In this document: one piece after another, positions 9,455-18,395 of the stretch
How the letters are laid out: every line of letters starts with the position of its first letter
How positions within the stretch are numbered: position 1 is the first letter of the stretch
Assembly (NCBI GenBank): GCA_051874735.1
Contig: JBJEGD010000006.1
Location: 1 to 52,546, forward strand
Direction: 5' to 3'
Source of the DNA: Candidatus Bruticola sp.
GTDB taxonomy: Bacteria; Vulcanimicrobiota; Xenobia; Xenobiales; Xenobiaceae
DNA: 52,546 nucleotides
Notes under the pieces: generated by a model
What the model saw: the letters and a program-made list of their open reading frames with translations, nothing else
Database searches by the model: none
What the model was told of the DNA's origin: nothing
Made by a program: the position numbers and the translations under genes

Positions 9455-10693
9455 ATGGCTGAAATTGAACGTTTACCCCTTGTTTTCGATCATCACAGTC
9501 ATCTGAGTTTGGCGGCTCTGCTCAGCAGTTGTCCCTGTGCTAGCCGATGTACTTCAGAGGCAGAATTATTACGGTATCTGGACAAGCTGCCGTTTACGAT
9601 GAACAGATTGCAGCTTGTTTCTGGATTAAACTCAGAAATTTTTTCTCTATCTTTGGCGGCCTTGCGCCAGCTGCCCCCTATAATATTTCTCAACAGCTGC
9701 TTACATGGCTATATTTGTACTAACCGAGCGACCGAAATTTTGCGCAAGGTCGGCTTAGATCCAGCCCCAACTTCAGCGCGTCAAGCTGAAAGGGAAATGT
9801 CTAAAATATTAACTTTTTTTTCGACAGCCCATACAACCAGCTTAGAGGCCACCGAACTGCAAAAAGGCTGTCAGAAATGCATACAGCAAATGCAAGCGGC
9901 AGGTCTTTACGGTTCAGAAGACATGATGTATATTTTACCTTTCGGCCCGGACGCCGCTTTGACAAGTAGCTTCGATCTGAAAGTACGCCGCCTTTTTCAA
10001 GATGACTGCCAATCTTTTGAGCCCTGTTTGCCTCCTCTTACCTCCGCTGCCCAAGTACAAATCCCGCGCTTAAAACTCTTCGCTGACGGAGCCTTAGGAG
10101 CGCGGACGGCAGCCCTAAGCGGAAGCGGCCCGCCCACTTGGAATCCAGTTCTAGTATATACTGATAGCGAACTTGAAAAGGCTCTAATTAAATGCATAGA
10201 TATCGGCGCTGATACCGCTATACATGCAATTGGTGATCTGGCAATAGCCCAAGTACTTAGAGTATTTTCCCGCTGTCTGCCTCTACCTTCGGGTAGCCGC
10301 TTTAAACTGCGCCTGGAGCATTGCCAATTTATCACTCTACAACAAGCTGAAAGATGCAAACAGCTGAGTATAACTTTATCTATGCAGCCCAATTTCAATG
10401 CAGATTCAGTTTATTACCGCTCAGTTTTGCCTAAAGAGAAACTGCAGCGCAATAATCCCCTGCGCATGCTAATCAATAGAGTCAAATTTGTACCCGGCCA
10501 AGATCTTCTCTTCGGCTCAGACAATATGCCTACAGGCTTAGCTGTAGCTCTGGAAAATAGCCTTTTCCCAGCTTATCCTGAACAAGCTTTAACTTTAGAA
10601 GAACTTTTGGCCGGGTACAGTGCCGATGAAAGCAAAGGATTTAAAGAGTACATTATAGACAGAAAACATCAGAAAGTGTGCCTAAAATCCTAA
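9455..10693 (+). CDS. Amidohydrolase 3 family (YtcJ-like) metal-dependent hydrolase
   Basis: DHHSH, KLFADGALGARTAAL, HAIGD, RLEHCQ, QPNF and GSD motifs; AGGAG SD. Confidence 0.85.
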   Translation: MAEIERLPLVFDHHSHLSLAALLSSCPCASRCTSEAELLRYLDKLPFTMNRLQLVSGLNSEIFSLSLAALRQLPPIIFLNSCLHGYICTNRATEILRKVGLDPAPTSARQAEREMSKILTFFSTAHTTSLEATELQKGCQKCIQQMQAAGLYGSEDMMYILPFGPDAALTSSFDLKVRRLFQDDCQSFEPCLPPLTSAAQVQIPRLKLFADGALGARTAALSGSGPPTWNPVLVYTDSELEKALIKCIDIGADTAIHAIGDLAIAQVLRVFSRCLPLPSGSRFKLRLEHCQFITLQQAERCKQLSITLSMQPNFNADSVYYRSVLPKEKLQRNNPLRMLINRVKFVPGQDLLFGSDNMPTGLAVALENSLFPAYPEQALTLEELLAGYSADESKGFKEYIIDRKHQKVCLKS

Positions 10694-10800
10694 CTAAAAC
10701 TATTTAAGGCCAATAGGTGGCTACTCAGCAATGACACGGCAGGTTTTTGCTTAAAATAAAGAGAAAGCAGCACCTGTCGTATTTAAGAGGAATTGTCAAG

Positions 10801-11334
10801 ATGGAAAATAACAAAGAAGTTCTTTATGCAGGTAAATTTGTCAGTTTAGTCCGGGTTGGCCACTGGGAGTATGCTCAGCGCAGTAAAAATGTCACCGGCA
10901 TAGTGGCCATGGTGGCTTGCACTCCCAATAACGAAGTTGTTCTAGTAGAACAGCACCGTCCCCCCTGCGGCGGACGGGTTATTGAATTTCCCGCTGGTTT
11001 AGTTGGAGATAAATCAGGCTTAAACAAAGAAAGTTTAGAAGAGGCGGCTCAGCGAGAGCTTTTGGAAGAAACGGGCTACCAAGCCGAAAAGATGGTTTAT
11101 TTAACCGAAGGTCCAGCTTCTGCAGGCATAACTTCTGAAATCATTACTTTCTATAGAGCAGAAAATGTAACCTTGGTCGGACCAGGCGGCGGTGATGAGA
11201 GCGAGAATATTCGGGTTCACTTAGTTCCCCTTGATGCTGTCGACGAATGGCTGAAGCACAAGATGGAAACCGGCGTACAAGTCGATCTAAAAGTCTTCAC
11301 CGGTCTATATTTTCTAACTAAAAAAAGAACTTAG
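10801..11334 (+). CDS. NUDIX hydrolase, ADP-ribose pyrophosphatase-like
   Basis: EFPAGLVG...EAAQRELLEETGY Nudix box and EQHRPP motif; GAGG SD before ATG 10801. Confidence 0.9.
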   Translation: MENNKEVLYAGKFVSLVRVGHWEYAQRSKNVTGIVAMVACTPNNEVVLVEQHRPPCGGRVIEFPAGLVGDKSGLNKESLEEAAQRELLEETGYQAEKMVYLTEGPASAGITSEIITFYRAENVTLVGPGGGDESENIRVHLVPLDAVDEWLKHKMETGVQVDLKVFTGLYFLTKKRT

Positions 11335-11365
11335 CCGATCTGTGTTAGTTTTTTTCTAAAATATT

Positions 11366-13132
11366 ATGATAAATAGCCACTTAGCGCACAGCAGACGAGG
11401 ATGGTCTTTAGGTATAGTTCCTTTTATTGCCGTTTTTGTCAGCTGTGCGTTGCTTATTTTAATATTAATCTACTTTTATAAATCTGGTCATTTTCAAATA
11501 GACAGCGTCAGCATAGATGACCTCAATCTTTTGACCAAATCGCCCAAAGTCGGCATGAGGCTCTCTATTGCTAATGCTTCTCCCAAACTAGTTATCAACT
11601 ATTCAGGACTGCCTTCCTCTCCTATCCAAGCAAGCGTAGACGGCCGCAATCTGCCCGTTCATAACGATTGGCTTATAGGCAAAACTTCAGCTGAATCTTT
11701 TGCTCTGGACGACGGAGAGCACATCTTTACTATAAAATCGGGCCCTTACGACGAACGTTGGCTGATAAACGTTGATACTATCCCCCCCAAAGTAAGTATT
11801 TCTCACCCTATTGACGGCTACAAGTCTAATAAAAAGAAAATTACCCTGCAGGGTACCACTGATCACCCTGGAGCTATAATCAAAGCTTCTATCGGCGATC
11901 ACACAGAAACAGCTCAAGCTAATAGTAAAGGATTTTTTTGCTTGACCCTGCCCACCTTACGGGGTAACTGCACGATAAAATGGAATGTCCGCGACGAAGC
12001 CGGCAATAGTACTTCCGGACAGCGCAATTTTATCTGCGATTTTGAGCCTCCGTCAGTCGATATAGCTATCGAGCAGCTCCCCTCTACTGATAAAACCGCC
12101 TGTAAATCTGAAACGAAGCGGGTAAATCCTAAAGATAGTTACACTATTTTCACCAGCAAAAATTTAAATTTAATCGGCAAAGCTTCAGACAGCGATTCCG
12201 GCATAGCTAAAGCTGATATATACATTGACGGATCACTGCGCCAAAGTATAGATTACGAGTCGATGCCCTCAGTAAAATTAAGCGAAGAGCAGTCAAGCGA
12301 TGCTGAAGAGATAGACAAAATAACGATTGTTCCTAACAACAGCGAGTCTACCTCTGAACCAAAAAATAAAACTGTCAACTTCACTTACAAGCTGCCTGCC
12401 CTTTTTGAAGGTACTCATAGAGCCTCTGTAGTCGTTTTTGACACCTTCGGTCTCTCAACCAAACGCACCATTACTTTTGGATTGAACAGCACTGATGAAT
12501 ACGGACAAGCTACTTTAGGACTGGGAGCTGTAGGCCAAGACGTCGCTGAACTACAGCGACGCCTAGTTCTGCGCGGCTATCTGCATGATGACTACACTAA
12601 AGGGAAATACGACAAAAAAACTCAAGAAGCGGTTATGGAGCTGCAAGCCGGGGCTGGCCTGTGCCAAGACGGTATAGCTGGGGTACTAGTTACCAGTGCT
12701 CTCAGCACCCGTCTATATGTGAATCTATCCCAATACTCTTTAGTTTTAGTTGATGAAGCTAACAACACGCGATACTACACAGTAGCTATAGGCGTAGATG
12801 AACATCCTACACCTACGGGAGCTTACTTTATTTCAGATATGGCTAAAGATCCGGTTTGGTTACCGCCTAACTCAGAATGGGCTAAAGATGCCAAACAAAT
12901 TCCTCCCGGACCTGACAATCCACTGGGTACGCGTTGGATCGGCTTCGGCGATTCGCTGGGCTTTCACGGTACTCCTTACCCAGATACGGTAGGTTCAAAA
13001 GCTTCTCACGGCTGCATGCGTATGACGATACCAGACATAGAAGATCTTTACGATCGGGTTAATGTAGGTACTCAGGTGTGCATCTTCAAAGGCGACGAGG
13101 ACAGTCCCATCCTCAAACGTTACTGGCCATAA
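11366..13132 (+). CDS. L,D-transpeptidase (YkuD) with Ig-like stalk and peptidoglycan-binding domain
   Basis: N-terminal TM; Ig-like repeats (DGEH, DTIPP, DEAGN, EGTH); PG_binding_1 (GQDVAELQRRL...DGIAG); YkuD motifs PTPTG, NPLGTRWI, GFHGT, SHGCMRM. Confidence 0.9.
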   Translation: MINSHLAHSRRGWSLGIVPFIAVFVSCALLILILIYFYKSGHFQIDSVSIDDLNLLTKSPKVGMRLSIANASPKLVINYSGLPSSPIQASVDGRNLPVHNDWLIGKTSAESFALDDGEHIFTIKSGPYDERWLINVDTIPPKVSISHPIDGYKSNKKKITLQGTTDHPGAIIKASIGDHTETAQANSKGFFCLTLPTLRGNCTIKWNVRDEAGNSTSGQRNFICDFEPPSVDIAIEQLPSTDKTACKSETKRVNPKDSYTIFTSKNLNLIGKASDSDSGIAKADIYIDGSLRQSIDYESMPSVKLSEEQSSDAEEIDKITIVPNNSESTSEPKNKTVNFTYKLPALFEGTHRASVVVFDTFGLSTKRTITFGLNSTDEYGQATLGLGAVGQDVAELQRRLVLRGYLHDDYTKGKYDKKTQEAVMELQAGAGLCQDGIAGVLVTSALSTRLYVNLSQYSLVLVDEANNTRYYTVAIGVDEHPTPTGAYFISDMAKDPVWLPPNSEWAKDAKQIPPGPDNPLGTRWIGFGDSLGFHGTPYPDTVGSKASHGCMRMTIPDIEDLYDRVNVGTQVCIFKGDEDSPILKRYWP

Positions 13133-13186
13133 AAAAATCCCCTTCAGCCTGGTCCTCCTACCTACAGAAACGGAGAACCAGGCTGA
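13131..13186. terminator. Terminator hairpin between convergent genes
   Basis: TCAGCCTGGT (13144-13153) / ACCAGGCTGA (13177-13186), with an A-run at 13131. Confidence 0.7.
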
Positions 13187-13193
13187 GCGAATC

Positions 13194-13631
13194 TTAAAAA
13201 ATAATAGGACCAAAAAGACTAAAGAAAAAACCAGAAGGGCGACGTCCCGGATGATAAGTTCCAGTAACCGGGGGCTTGCTTACAGATGATTCTGCTTCAG
13301 GTAAGCCCTTAACCACACAGACAAATTCACCTTTATTGACCATAGACAGCTTTTCTCTGGCTACATCGATAACGCCATCAGCATGTTCCAAACGGTCTTT
13401 TTTCTTTTCTAAAACGGTTAATTCTGCACTGCTCTGAACTATATTACGTTCACATTCTTCCAACTGAGCTAACTTGCTGCGGTATTCTTCACGTTGCACC
13501 GCAATAATTGAACATCCGTAATAAGTTCCAAAGCTCAGCAGTACCAGTAAAATTGTGCCAAAAACAATATTGAAGAACAGGTAAGATCGGAAAAAACGCC
13601 TTAATTTAATCTTCAAAGCCGCCCCAGCCAT
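13194..13631 (-). CDS. ftsB: Septum formation initiator (FtsB/DivIC family)
   Basis: Single TM, coiled coil, and IDVAREKLSMVNKGE matching the family AR.xLGxxxxGE motif. Confidence 0.75.
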   Translation of the reverse strand: MAGAALKIKLRRFFRSYLFFNIVFGTILLVLLSFGTYYGCSIIAVQREEYRSKLAQLEECERNIVQSSAELTVLEKKKDRLEHADGVIDVAREKLSMVNKGEFVCVVKGLPEAESSVSKPPVTGTYHPGRRPSGFFFSLFGPIIF

Positions 13632-13872
13632 CCTCTATAAACAGAAATAGCCCCCCGCCCATTTGACTCCGCTCTAATGTTCTAGATGCAACAGTTTCAG
13701 TTCCTGCTACAGTTGTCCTGTTTTCGGTAAAAAAAAGTCAAAGATAAATCTTGATCTCTTCTAATAATCATACCTTTATCCCTTCTTTAGGCAGAGCCCA
13801 AATTTATGGCAGACAAAAGAAATGCTTCAGCTTGAAAAGCTGAAGCATTTCTTACATATGACACTTAACTTA

Positions 13873-14928
13873 TCAGAGCTTGGGCACAGTTTTATATCCT
13901 TGGGTATCCCCCGAAGCTGCGGGCACTTTTTTCTGAGAGCTCATATCCAATTGTTCAAGATTAGGAGCGGCTCCGTCCTGAGGCATAGCACTGCTGAATC
14001 CGGCCCCCGCCTTCGGTACAACTCTGGGTCTGAAGATACGGCTTTTGCGATCGGAGATGCGCAAATCTTCCATATTCTCTTGCAGAAAACGCACTGCATA
14101 AACCCAAACGGTGCGATCATCAGCTATAATCACAGAGCCATCCTTAATATTCATGTAGGCTTGTCCTTCAATGCGTCCCTGCCCTAAAACTTCTGTACCT
14201 TCAGGTAACGGACTTTTCGGATTAATGATTATAGATCCGTTGTAATTAATTTTGGCTATATCCATGCCATTGTCGTCGCGGCGGATTTCGACAATCGCGT
14301 ATTTTAACCGATGTTCTAAAGTTAATAAACTGCCCTTAAGAGTATCTACCGGATAGTCGATCGTCCAGCGGCTGTCCCAGACTTCGCCAACATCTATTCT
14401 TTTCTGAGGACGTCCTATCCATAAGGAAGAAAGCAGCTGGGCCGTATGCACTTCATCGAGAATATTCGACTTTCTGCCTTTGATAAGTCCAAAACTTTCT
14501 ACTGCTCCCTGAGGATTTAAACGCATAGCAAAAATATTCTCTAAAAAGGAAACGGGTTTGTTAACGCCTATCTGAGCTAACTTAGCCTCTTTCACCAAAT
14601 AATTCAGAGTCGGCTGAGCTCCACCGCGCTCCACCTTTTCGATAAAACTTAAAGCTAAATCGTAAACTTCCGGCTGCACACTGTCGTCAATAGCTAAGTT
14701 AGGCTCGTCACTTAAGCTGCGTATTTCCCTGCCATCCAGCAGCATAGAAACAACATTAACCACATCTGCCCGCCCCTCCTGAAGCTTCAAAGGCAAAGAT
14801 AGTCCGAAAATACCCCTACGCATATTAGGAATAGACAGCACAGCTATCAGACATATAAGTATAACGGCTCCTATAGCAAAAGCTAATCGTTTCATAAGCA
14901 TCTTTCCATCCTCTAAACTGAGAAGCAA
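13873..14928 (-). CDS. Hypothetical membrane-anchored protein with beta-rich periplasmic domain
   Basis: N-terminal TM; PQKRIDVGEVW motif like those of DUF6263-type beta-rich proteins. Start may be one of the ATGs about 27-33 nt inside. Confidence 0.7.
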   Translation of the reverse strand: MLLSLEDGKMLMKRLAFAIGAVILICLIAVLSIPNMRRGIFGLSLPLKLQEGRADVVNVVSMLLDGREIRSLSDEPNLAIDDSVQPEVYDLALSFIEKVERGGAQPTLNYLVKEAKLAQIGVNKPVSFLENIFAMRLNPQGAVESFGLIKGRKSNILDEVHTAQLLSSLWIGRPQKRIDVGEVWDSRWTIDYPVDTLKGSLLTLEHRLKYAIVEIRRDDNGMDIAKINYNGSIIINPKSPLPEGTEVLGQGRIEGQAYMNIKDGSVIIADDRTVWVYAVRFLQENMEDLRISDRKSRIFRPRVVPKAGAGFSSAMPQDGAAPNLEQLDMSSQKKVPAASGDTQGYKTVPKL

Positions 14929-15116
14929 AGTTGTGTTATTGACCCTTTGATTCCTGCCCGCAATCTCATAGCGTCTAATTTATTGATAATGCACAAAGAA
15001 GCTCCCATCGCTTTTAGCTACTTTCCTGTTTTATTTACAGAAAAGGAAGTCGGCTTCTACATAGATTAACCATTATATATAGCATAAAACCGCTAAAATC
15101 ACACAATAGGTGGGAG

Positions 15117-15145
15117 TTGATTCTTTTTGTCGTAATTGATAATCT
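15117..15145 (+). promoter_or_regulatory. Candidate sigma70 promoter with extended -10 for the DMT transporter
   Basis: TTGATT (15117-15122), 17 nt ending in TGA, TAATCT (15140-15145). Confidence 0.45.
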
Positions 15146-15215
15146 AATTATCGCCTCCTTCTTGTTAGCGTGGAGTATTACTTTTGAGGAAAGTTTGAGC
15201 TTTTTAATATAATAT

Positions 15216-16184
15216 ATGTTTGCCCGTTATAAGCAGGTTCTTTTTTCTTTGCTGCTTCTAGCTACAGCAGCCGTCTGGGGAGTTTCCTTTATGGTTATGA
15301 AAGACGTCCAAGAGATGATTCCTATGAATTATATCTTGGCCATCCGCTTCGGCGTTGCAGCTATCGGATTGTCATACTTCCTTTATAAAGAACGGGACAA
15401 ATTCAACTGGACTCTAGTTAAACACGGATTTATTGTCGGCACTTTTTTATATTTTGCTTATGCAGTGCAATCTTACGGATTGTATTTTACTACTGTAAGT
15501 AAAAATGCTGTTTACAGCGGACTTTATGTGGTTTTAGTGCCCTTTATGGCCTGGGTTATCTACCGGGAGAGAATTCCCATTCCGGTTTATCTAGCCGCCT
15601 TCTTGTGCTTTTTTGGTGTCTTTCTCATCGCCGGCCCCATTTCAGCTGAGGCCTTTAACTATGGCGATACACTCTCTTTAATCGGAGCTTTCTTATTTGC
15701 AGCCCACATGATTGCTGTAGCCCGCTGCTCTCAAACTTCAGAGTTACTTCCTTTGTGCTGTTTGCAATTCGTTTTTGCTTCTGCCTGGGGCTGGATTTTT
15801 GCTTTTTCTGGCAAGCCGTTCCCCTCTCATCTTACCCCTGCCGCCTGGGGAGGCTTAGCCTGGTTGGCTATTATGGCCACTCTAGTTGCTATTACCATGA
15901 TGAATATGGGCATAAAATATGTCAATCCTACAGTGACAGCTATTATATTTTCTACAGAATCACTGTTTGCTTGTTTATGTGGAGTTCTTATTAAAAACGA
16001 TCCCATGAACGGACGTATAGCTTTAGGTATCGCTCTAATTTTCTTATCACTCGTTTTCTCTCAAATAGGCGGCAACAACGAAATTTCAGACGCTCCCAAC
16101 AAAAACGACAGTCACGCTACCCCAGACTCACCTTCATCTAAAAGCTCAAATGAACGAGAACGTTCGGCAGTCAGAGCTAGATAA
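15216..16184 (+). CDS. EamA/DMT family transporter
   Basis: About 10 TM helices in two EamA repeats; WGVSF, AIRF, GD.LSL and ESLFA motifs. Confidence 0.92.
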   Translation: MFARYKQVLFSLLLLATAAVWGVSFMVMKDVQEMIPMNYILAIRFGVAAIGLSYFLYKERDKFNWTLVKHGFIVGTFLYFAYAVQSYGLYFTTVSKNAVYSGLYVVLVPFMAWVIYRERIPIPVYLAAFLCFFGVFLIAGPISAEAFNYGDTLSLIGAFLFAAHMIAVARCSQTSELLPLCCLQFVFASAWGWIFAFSGKPFPSHLTPAAWGGLAWLAIMATLVAITMMNMGIKYVNPTVTAIIFSTESLFACLCGVLIKNDPMNGRIALGIALIFLSLVFSQIGGNNEISDAPNKNDSHATPDSPSSKSSNERERSAVRAR

Positions 16185-16421
16185 ATAACTATAAGGGCTA
16201 TAAAGCTAAATTGCTACCTTCTGAAGTTAGGCCGTTAATGCGCTTAAACGCAGTTTTAGGCAGGGTTTAAGGTACTTTATATCTAACAGGTGAACCTGCA
16301 TTTTCAATTGTTTAAAGATAAAATTGGAGATGCACTGATTAGTGTTTGCCTTATTATAAAATAGTGCAGCTAATTCTACACCTCAGGTCGCCAATTTTAT
16401 TTAGATAAGGAGGCCAAGGTT

Positions 16422-16487
16422 ATGGAATGCTGCAGCGAGCTCGTCCCGCTTAATACAAAGGAGAGGCCGTCATGGCAAAAATTTTAG
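16422..16487 (+). CDS. Putative 21-aa leader peptide (uORF) MECCSELVPLNTKERPSWQKF overlapping the glycosyltransferase start
   Basis: TAAGGAGG at 16406-16413, 8 nt before ATG 16422; stop TAG 16485-16487 inside the next gene, in a different frame. Confidence 0.4.
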   Translation: MECCSELVPLNTKERPSWQKF

Positions 16488-17701
16488 TATACTCAGAAGC
16501 TGGCCGCAGCCAGATTTACCCGTTGGTGCCTGCTCTGCTCAAACTGGCTGACAGCGGCCACCGAGTTATTGTCAAGACTGGACGCCACTGTGTATCAACC
16601 CTGCGCCGGGTCGGCTTACAGACCTCTCCTATTTCTGATTATGTAGAGTTTTTTCGTTTAGACGACTGGGAATGCGAAACTTACGAACAAGCCCTGAAAA
16701 AGCTGATTGAATACCTGATCAAACGCTCCCGTTTCGATTTTAACGATTTCGCTGCCGCTCTGCGGTACGACTCTCCCGATTTACTAATTGTGAACGGCAG
16801 CTGTTTAGGAGCTGCAGCCGGAGCTATCGCTTCAAAAATTCCTGTCGTAACTTGGCATTCCGATTTAGTGCCCTTCCCAGCTTCAGGAATTCCCCTCTTT
16901 GGCCCCGGACTTCCCTATTCTCAAAGTACCTTCGGAGCGATAAAAAATTGGGCTCGTTCTGGCTCAATTCAGAAATGTTTTGAATGCGAACTTGACTCTT
17001 TTAACGATTTTCTTCTGAAATTGGGTCTACTTCCGCTTAAAGATATGCAAACTTGGTTCGCTCAGCTGCCCAATTTTTTGTATTTCACCTCTGAAGCGTT
17101 CGAGTATCCCCGTCCGTGGCCTGAAAACGTAACTTTGGTAGGGGCCAGTCATTGGGAGCCAGAACTAGAAACAAAACTCGATCTGCCTTCCGATTCTCGC
17201 CAAGTTATTTTAGTCAGCTTAGGATGCTCATATCAAAATAACGCCTACCTTCTTAAACAGGCTATCGCCGCTCTGCCTTCTAATAGTTACCAAATTGTAG
17301 CTACTACCTGCAGCATACCAGCTGAAGAGTTTGCAGAGAACGACGGTGCAATTGTAACCCGCTTTGCCTCCCATAACGATATTCTGAAAAGAGCCTCCTG
17401 CGTTATCTGCTGTGGCGGTCTAACTTTAGTACAAAAAGCACTGGCTCACGGCGTACCAGTCTGTTTAGTTCCTCAAGTTCGTTCCCAGCTCGAAGTGGCC
17501 CAGCGGGTGCTCGATTTAAATGTTGGTCTCAGCCTTGACCCTAAAAAGCTTAATCCCAGTATTCTAAATTCAGCAGTCCGCAAAGCTATAGATAAAAGAC
17601 GGCGCGTCCAGGAAGTATCAAAGTTTTTCAGCGATGCCAATACTACGGACCGCTGCCTTAGCGTCATAAATAGGATCTTGGCCCTCAATGGAAAACTGTA
17701 G
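16472..17701 (+). CDS. Family 1 glycosyltransferase fold (MGT/UDP-glycosyltransferase-like), atypical active site
   Basis: GT-B layout; FEYPRPWPENVTLVG, VILVSLG, and PSPG-like box SHNDIL..ASCVICCGG...ALAHGVP.CLVP....Q. Confidence 0.85.
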   Translation: MAKILVYSEAGRSQIYPLVPALLKLADSGHRVIVKTGRHCVSTLRRVGLQTSPISDYVEFFRLDDWECETYEQALKKLIEYLIKRSRFDFNDFAAALRYDSPDLLIVNGSCLGAAAGAIASKIPVVTWHSDLVPFPASGIPLFGPGLPYSQSTFGAIKNWARSGSIQKCFECELDSFNDFLLKLGLLPLKDMQTWFAQLPNFLYFTSEAFEYPRPWPENVTLVGASHWEPELETKLDLPSDSRQVILVSLGCSYQNNAYLLKQAIAALPSNSYQIVATTCSIPAEEFAENDGAIVTRFASHNDILKRASCVICCGGLTLVQKALAHGVPVCLVPQVRSQLEVAQRVLDLNVGLSLDPKKLNPSILNSAVRKAIDKRRRVQEVSKFFSDANTTDRCLSVINRILALNGKL

Positions 17702-17737
17702 GGTTCTCATTTTTATTAGAAAAGAACATTTACTGTC

Positions 17738-18373
17738 ATGGAATTTACCGAACTAAGCTGCCGAGAGTTTGCCCAGCTGCTAGCCTCCAAGCAACCCGTA
17801 CCAGGAGGTGGCGGAGCAGCAGCCTTAGTAGGAGCAGTAGGCACCGCTTTGGGGCGCATGACCGGCGCTCTCGCCGAAGGTAAAAAAAAGTACGCTCAGT
17901 ACGCTGAAGAGCTCAGCTTTTTGCAGAGCAAAGCTGAAGCGCTGCAGGAAGAACTACTTCAGCTCATTGAAACTGACGCCCAAGCCTTTGCTCCTCTAGC
18001 TGAGGCCTATCGTCTACCTAAGGATACCGACGAAGAAAAGCAGTATAAACTGCTAGTTATGGAAAAGGCTCTGACTGGTGCTAGTCTTCCTCCACTGCAT
18101 ATTATGGAAAAATGTGCAGCCGCTCTCGAAATTATTGAAATTATGGCGGTAAAGGGCTCACGCTTAGCTGTTAGCGATGCAGCTTCAGGAGCCTTATTCT
18201 GCTTAGCTGCCATGCAAGCGGCCGCGCTTAACGTTTATATAAATACTAAACTGATGCAGAATCGCGCTCAGGCTCAGCAACTTAATAGACGCGCCCAAAA
18301 TTTGCTTAACGAATATAGGCCGCGGGCTGAAGCGATCTACAACAGCACTCTACACGATCTTACCGCCTATTAA
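17738..18373 (+). CDS. fchA: Methenyltetrahydrofolate cyclohydrolase (FTCD_C / FchA family)
   Basis: LASKQPVPGGGGAAA, D.QAF.PL..AYRLPK, GSRLAVSDA and NVYINT; directly upstream of folD. Confidence 0.88.
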   Translation: MEFTELSCREFAQLLASKQPVPGGGGAAALVGAVGTALGRMTGALAEGKKKYAQYAEELSFLQSKAEALQEELLQLIETDAQAFAPLAEAYRLPKDTDEEKQYKLLVMEKALTGASLPPLHIMEKCAAALEIIEIMAVKGSRLAVSDAASGALFCLAAMQAAALNVYINTKLMQNRAQAQQLNRRAQNLLNEYRPRAEAIYNSTLHDLTAY

Positions 18374-18395
18374 AGGCGTAAAATAGAGGTTTTTT

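Noticed and set aside
13822-14187. 121-aa + strand ORF
   Set aside because: Mostly antisense to the longer 13873-14928 gene; no motif support
16185-16470. THF or ZTP riboswitch upstream of the run containing fchA-folD
   Set aside because: I could not match the conserved cores of either family; only generic hairpins are visible
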